DNA of 64,000 nucleotides from Hyphomicrobiaceae bacterium (lineage in GTDB: Bacteria; Pseudomonadota; Alphaproteobacteria; Rhizobiales; Methyloligellaceae). The stretch spans positions 1,217,416 to 1,281,415 of the forward strand of contig JACKJS010000001.1 of NCBI GenBank assembly GCA_020637815.1. The letters run 5' to 3'. The notes below the pieces were generated by a model, which searched no databases, had not been told where the DNA came from, and saw nothing but the letters and a program-made list of their open reading frames with translations. Position numbers and translations under genes: made by a program. Positions 61,366 through 64,000 of the stretch are shown piece by piece; the stretch's first letter is position 1, and every line of letters begins with the position of its first letter.

Positions 61366-61395
61366 GAAAGGGGCGGCCGTGAGACCGCCCCTTTC
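61366..61395 (-). terminator. Rho-independent terminator after the cox subunit III gene
   Basis: GAAAGGGGCGG/CCGCCCCTTTC stem followed by a T-rich tract on the minus strand. Confidence 0.75.
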
Positions 61396-61418
61396 CTTGA
61401 ATCGGCTTCTCTCTGCGG

Positions 61419-62306
61419 CTAGTGGCCTGGGTTTGCCCCGGCGCCCCAAATGTAAATGGAGCAGAAAAGGAACAGCCACACCACATCGACGAAATGCCAA
61501 TACCAAGCGGCGGCCTCGAAGCCGAAATGCTTGTGCGGCGTGAAATGCCCCTTCAGAGCACGGAGGAGACACACCAGCAGAAAGATCGTGCCCACGATCA
61601 CATGGAAGCCATGGAAGCCGGTGGCCATGAAGAACGTGGATCCGTAGATGTGGTTGGCGAAGTCAAAGCCCGCATGCATGTATTCGTAGGCTTGCAGGCA
61701 GGTGAAGAGCAGGCCCAAAGCCACCGTGCAGGTCAGCGCCCAAGTGAGACCCTTGCGGTCGTCCTGCAGCATGGCGTGGTGAGCCCACGTCGCCGTCGTG
61801 CCGGATGTCAGCAGGATCAGCGTGTTCACCCAAGGCAGGCTCCAGGGATTGAAGGTGTGGCCGAAATAGCCAAGGCCTGGCACGTCCGTCTCGGCGCTCG
61901 GAATCGGAGGCCAGACACCGCCCGTGACTTGCGTGCGCGCATACGTAACCACGCTATCGGGAAACAGAGCGACGTCGAAATAGGCCCAGAACCACGCGAC
62001 GAAGAACATCACCTCGGAGGCGATAAACAAGATCATGCCATAGCGCAGATGGAGCTGAACCACCGGCGACTGAAAGCCCTCGGCCTCTTCCTTGATGACG
62101 TCGCGCCACCAGCCGAACATGGTGATGAGCACGATCGCAAGACCGGGCAGAATGTACCAAAGGTGAGGATCGCCCGCCTTCTTGGACATGAAAAACATCA
62201 AAGCGCCAAGCGCCAGCACCAATCCGCCGAACGCGCCGACCAGCGGCCACGGGCTCGGATTGAGCAGATGGTAGTCGTGTTGTGGTTTTGCGTGGGCCTG
62301 GGCCAT
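61419..62306 (-). CDS. coxC: Cytochrome c oxidase subunit III
   Basis: HDYHLLNPSPWP, LFIASEVMFF, TGFHGFHV and AAWYWHFVDVVWL motifs. Confidence 0.97.
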   Translation of the reverse strand: MAQAHAKPQHDYHLLNPSPWPLVGAFGGLVLALGALMFFMSKKAGDPHLWYILPGLAIVLITMFGWWRDVIKEEAEGFQSPVVQLHLRYGMILFIASEVMFFVAWFWAYFDVALFPDSVVTYARTQVTGGVWPPIPSAETDVPGLGYFGHTFNPWSLPWVNTLILLTSGTTATWAHHAMLQDDRKGLTWALTCTVALGLLFTCLQAYEYMHAGFDFANHIYGSTFFMATGFHGFHVIVGTIFLLVCLLRALKGHFTPHKHFGFEAAAWYWHFVDVVWLFLFCSIYIWGAGANPGH

Positions 62307-62365
62307 CTTGAGTTCCCCTTCCTCCCCAATCAATCTCAGTGGCGCACTCGACCGCGCCGCATGGC

Positions 62366-62971
62366 TTACGATCCCGACGCCCTATTCCCCGGCGCGGTCG
62401 CGACATCCGACGGATCGTCGCTCCGGTAGAAGGTATAGGACAACGTGATCTCTTCAATATTCTTCGTGCTCTCGTCGTCCGCGAACTCGGGATCGATGAA
62501 GAACGTGACCGGCATCTCGACGCTCTGCCCCGCGGCAAGCGTCTGCTGCTTGAAGCAGAAACACTCGATCTTCGTGAAATAGCGTCCGGCAATCTCGGGC
62601 GATACATTGAAGCCTGCCGTGCCGCTCACGGACTTGTCCGTATTGTTGTGCGCCCTGAAGAAGACAAGCGTGCTCTCGCCGATTCGCACATCCACGGAGC
62701 GCTGCTCGGCCGAAAACTGCCATGGCAGCTCTCGGTCCACATTCGTGTCGAATCGGACCTTGATCTTGCGGTCGAGCACTTTGTCGGGCGCGACGTCCGC
62801 AACTTGCGGGACACCGCCATAGCCGGTCGCCTGGCAGAACATGCGGTAGAGCGGGACCGCCGCAAAGGACAGGCCGACCATCCCGGCCACGAGACCGGCG
62901 AGCATGAGCGCGACGAGGCCTTTCTTGTCGCGTCCCGCAGTCCCGGCGTTTCTTTTGTCCATGCGCTTCAC
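62366..62971 (-). CDS. ctaG: Cytochrome c oxidase assembly protein CtaG/Cox11
   Basis: AVPLYRMFCQATGYGG and KIECFCF motifs. Confidence 0.95.
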   Translation of the reverse strand: MKRMDKRNAGTAGRDKKGLVALMLAGLVAGMVGLSFAAVPLYRMFCQATGYGGVPQVADVAPDKVLDRKIKVRFDTNVDRELPWQFSAEQRSVDVRIGESTLVFFRAHNNTDKSVSGTAGFNVSPEIAGRYFTKIECFCFKQQTLAAGQSVEMPVTFFIDPEFADDESTKNIEEITLSYTFYRSDDPSDVATAPGNRASGS

Positions 62972-62974
62972 CGC

Positions 62975-63118
62975 TCAAATCTGCCGCATGGCGACATTCC
63001 CGCCGAGCCGGACGATGGTGACGATAAAGAACAGAACGACAAGCGCCGCGAGAGTCCACGCGATTGCGATAGACCTTCTGCGTTGACGGCGTTTGCGTTC
63101 GGCTTCGACATTTTCCAT
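62975..63118 (-). CDS. coxF: Small CoxF-like membrane protein (47 aa), absent from the ORF track
   Basis: [47 protein letters not shown]; lies between ctaB and ctaG. Confidence 0.78.
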   Translation of the reverse strand: MENVEAERKRRQRRRSIAIAWTLAALVVLFFIVTIVRLGGNVAMRQI

Positions 63119-64000
63119 CACGACGTCCAAATAAGCGGCGTCAGGCCGCTCCCGAACCCAAAGCCGTGCTCAACGAGCAGCGCCGCGAACAAAATGAACA
63201 GATAGAGGATCGAATAGGCGAACAAATTCTTCGCCGCACGGTCGGCTGCCTCGCCTTCCCGGATCCGGTAGCAATCGAAGGCGAGCACAAGGAAGAATGC
63301 ACCTGAGATCGCGGCCACGATCGTGTACAGGGACCCGCCGAAACCCATCACCGACGGCACCATGGCAAGCGGCGCCAAGATAATGCTGTAGATCAGGATC
63401 TGGCGGCGCGTCTCGTCTGCGCCGTGAGTGACCGGCAGCATGGGAACGCCGACACGTTCGTAGTCCGAGCTGCGGATCAGAGCCAGCGCCCAGAAATGCG
63501 GCGGCGTCCAGATGAAGATAATGAGAAACATCACGAAAGACGCGAGGCTCACGGTCCCCGTCGCAGCGGCCCAGCCGATCATGGGCGGCAGCGCGCCGGC
63601 GGCGCCGCCGATAACAATGTTTTGCGGCGTCGAGCGCTTCAGCCACATCGTGTAAATGAAGACGTAGAAGCCGATCGTGAAGGCGAGAAGACCGGCCGCG
63701 ACCCAATTCGCCATGAGCCCGAGGCAGAGCACCGAGCCAATTGCGAGGACGGAACCGAAGGCCAAGGCTTCGTTTGGCGTCAGGGCTCCGCGCGGCAGCG
63801 GGCGCGACGCGGTGCGTGCCATGCGCGCGTCGATATCCGCGTCGTACCACATGTTCAGCGCACCCGACGCGCCCGCGCCGACGGCAATACAAATCAGCGC
63901 GGCAACGGCCAGAACCGGATGCAGGTGCACAGGCGCCGCGACCAACCCGACCAGCGCCGTGAAGACCACGAGAAACATGACCCGTGGCTTCAACAGAGCG
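63118..64000 (-). CDS. ctaB: Protoheme IX farnesyltransferase (heme O synthase); 5' end lies beyond the window
   Basis: [30 protein letters not shown] and WTPPHFWAL motifs. Confidence 0.96.
   Translation of the reverse strand, partial: ALLKPRVMFLVVFTALVGLVAAPVHLHPVLAVAALICIAVGAGASGALNMWYDADIDARMARTASRPLPRGALTPNEALAFGSVLAIGSVLCLGLMANWVAAGLLAFTIGFYVFIYTMWLKRSTPQNIVIGGAAGALPPMIGWAAATGTVSLASFVMFLIIFIWTPPHFWALALIRSSDYERVGVPMLPVTHGADETRRQILIYSIILAPLAMVPSVMGFGGSLYTIVAAISGAFFLVLAFDCYRIREGEAADRAAKNLFAYSILYLFILFAALLVEHGFGFGSGLTPLIWTS

Overview
High-GC (roughly 64-66%) core-chromosome segment of an alphaproteobacterium. Gene order points to Hyphomicrobiales/Rhizobiales, plausibly a Methyloceanibacter-like organism (inference). 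It is densely coding with about 66 CDS. I saw no rRNA, tRNA, CRISPR array, integrase or IS element. Main blocks in order: HD hydrolase, PTP-like phosphatase and nadQ; a 6-gene block (PQQ sugar dehydrogenase, hypothetical, ABC-2 pair, APC permease, YcbB-like protein); nadABC; a SleB-like hydrolase; glyQ-VOC-glyS-VOC-GGCT-ppdK; an S49 peptidase; two small secreted Tyr/Arg/His/Gly-rich proteins; ispB, ispE, a TPR protein and ETF-QO; UDG-moaB; a TIGR04283/04282 glycosyltransferase pair divergent from a LexA-boxed PA0069 radical SAM gene; rnhB; ccrM and mutY; dciA-dsbA-dsbA-smc; the F0 atp operon; ispH-thrB-rnhA; a peroxiredoxin; yqgE; a 7TMR-DISM GGDEF/EAL protein; rimJ, an M16 peptidase, thrC and SURF1; and the end of the aa3 cox operon. 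The most notable observations are an intact but cysteine-free L,D-transpeptidase homolog (probable pseudoenzyme), the tandem low-complexity secreted peptides with a structured operator, a low-GC foreign-codon patch inside glyS, and a perfect palindrome over the atp -35 box. Also seen: NadQ, LexA, EcfG and CtrA-like sites, and a possible autotransporter relic. All family assignments come from motif recognition by eye; no database searches were run.
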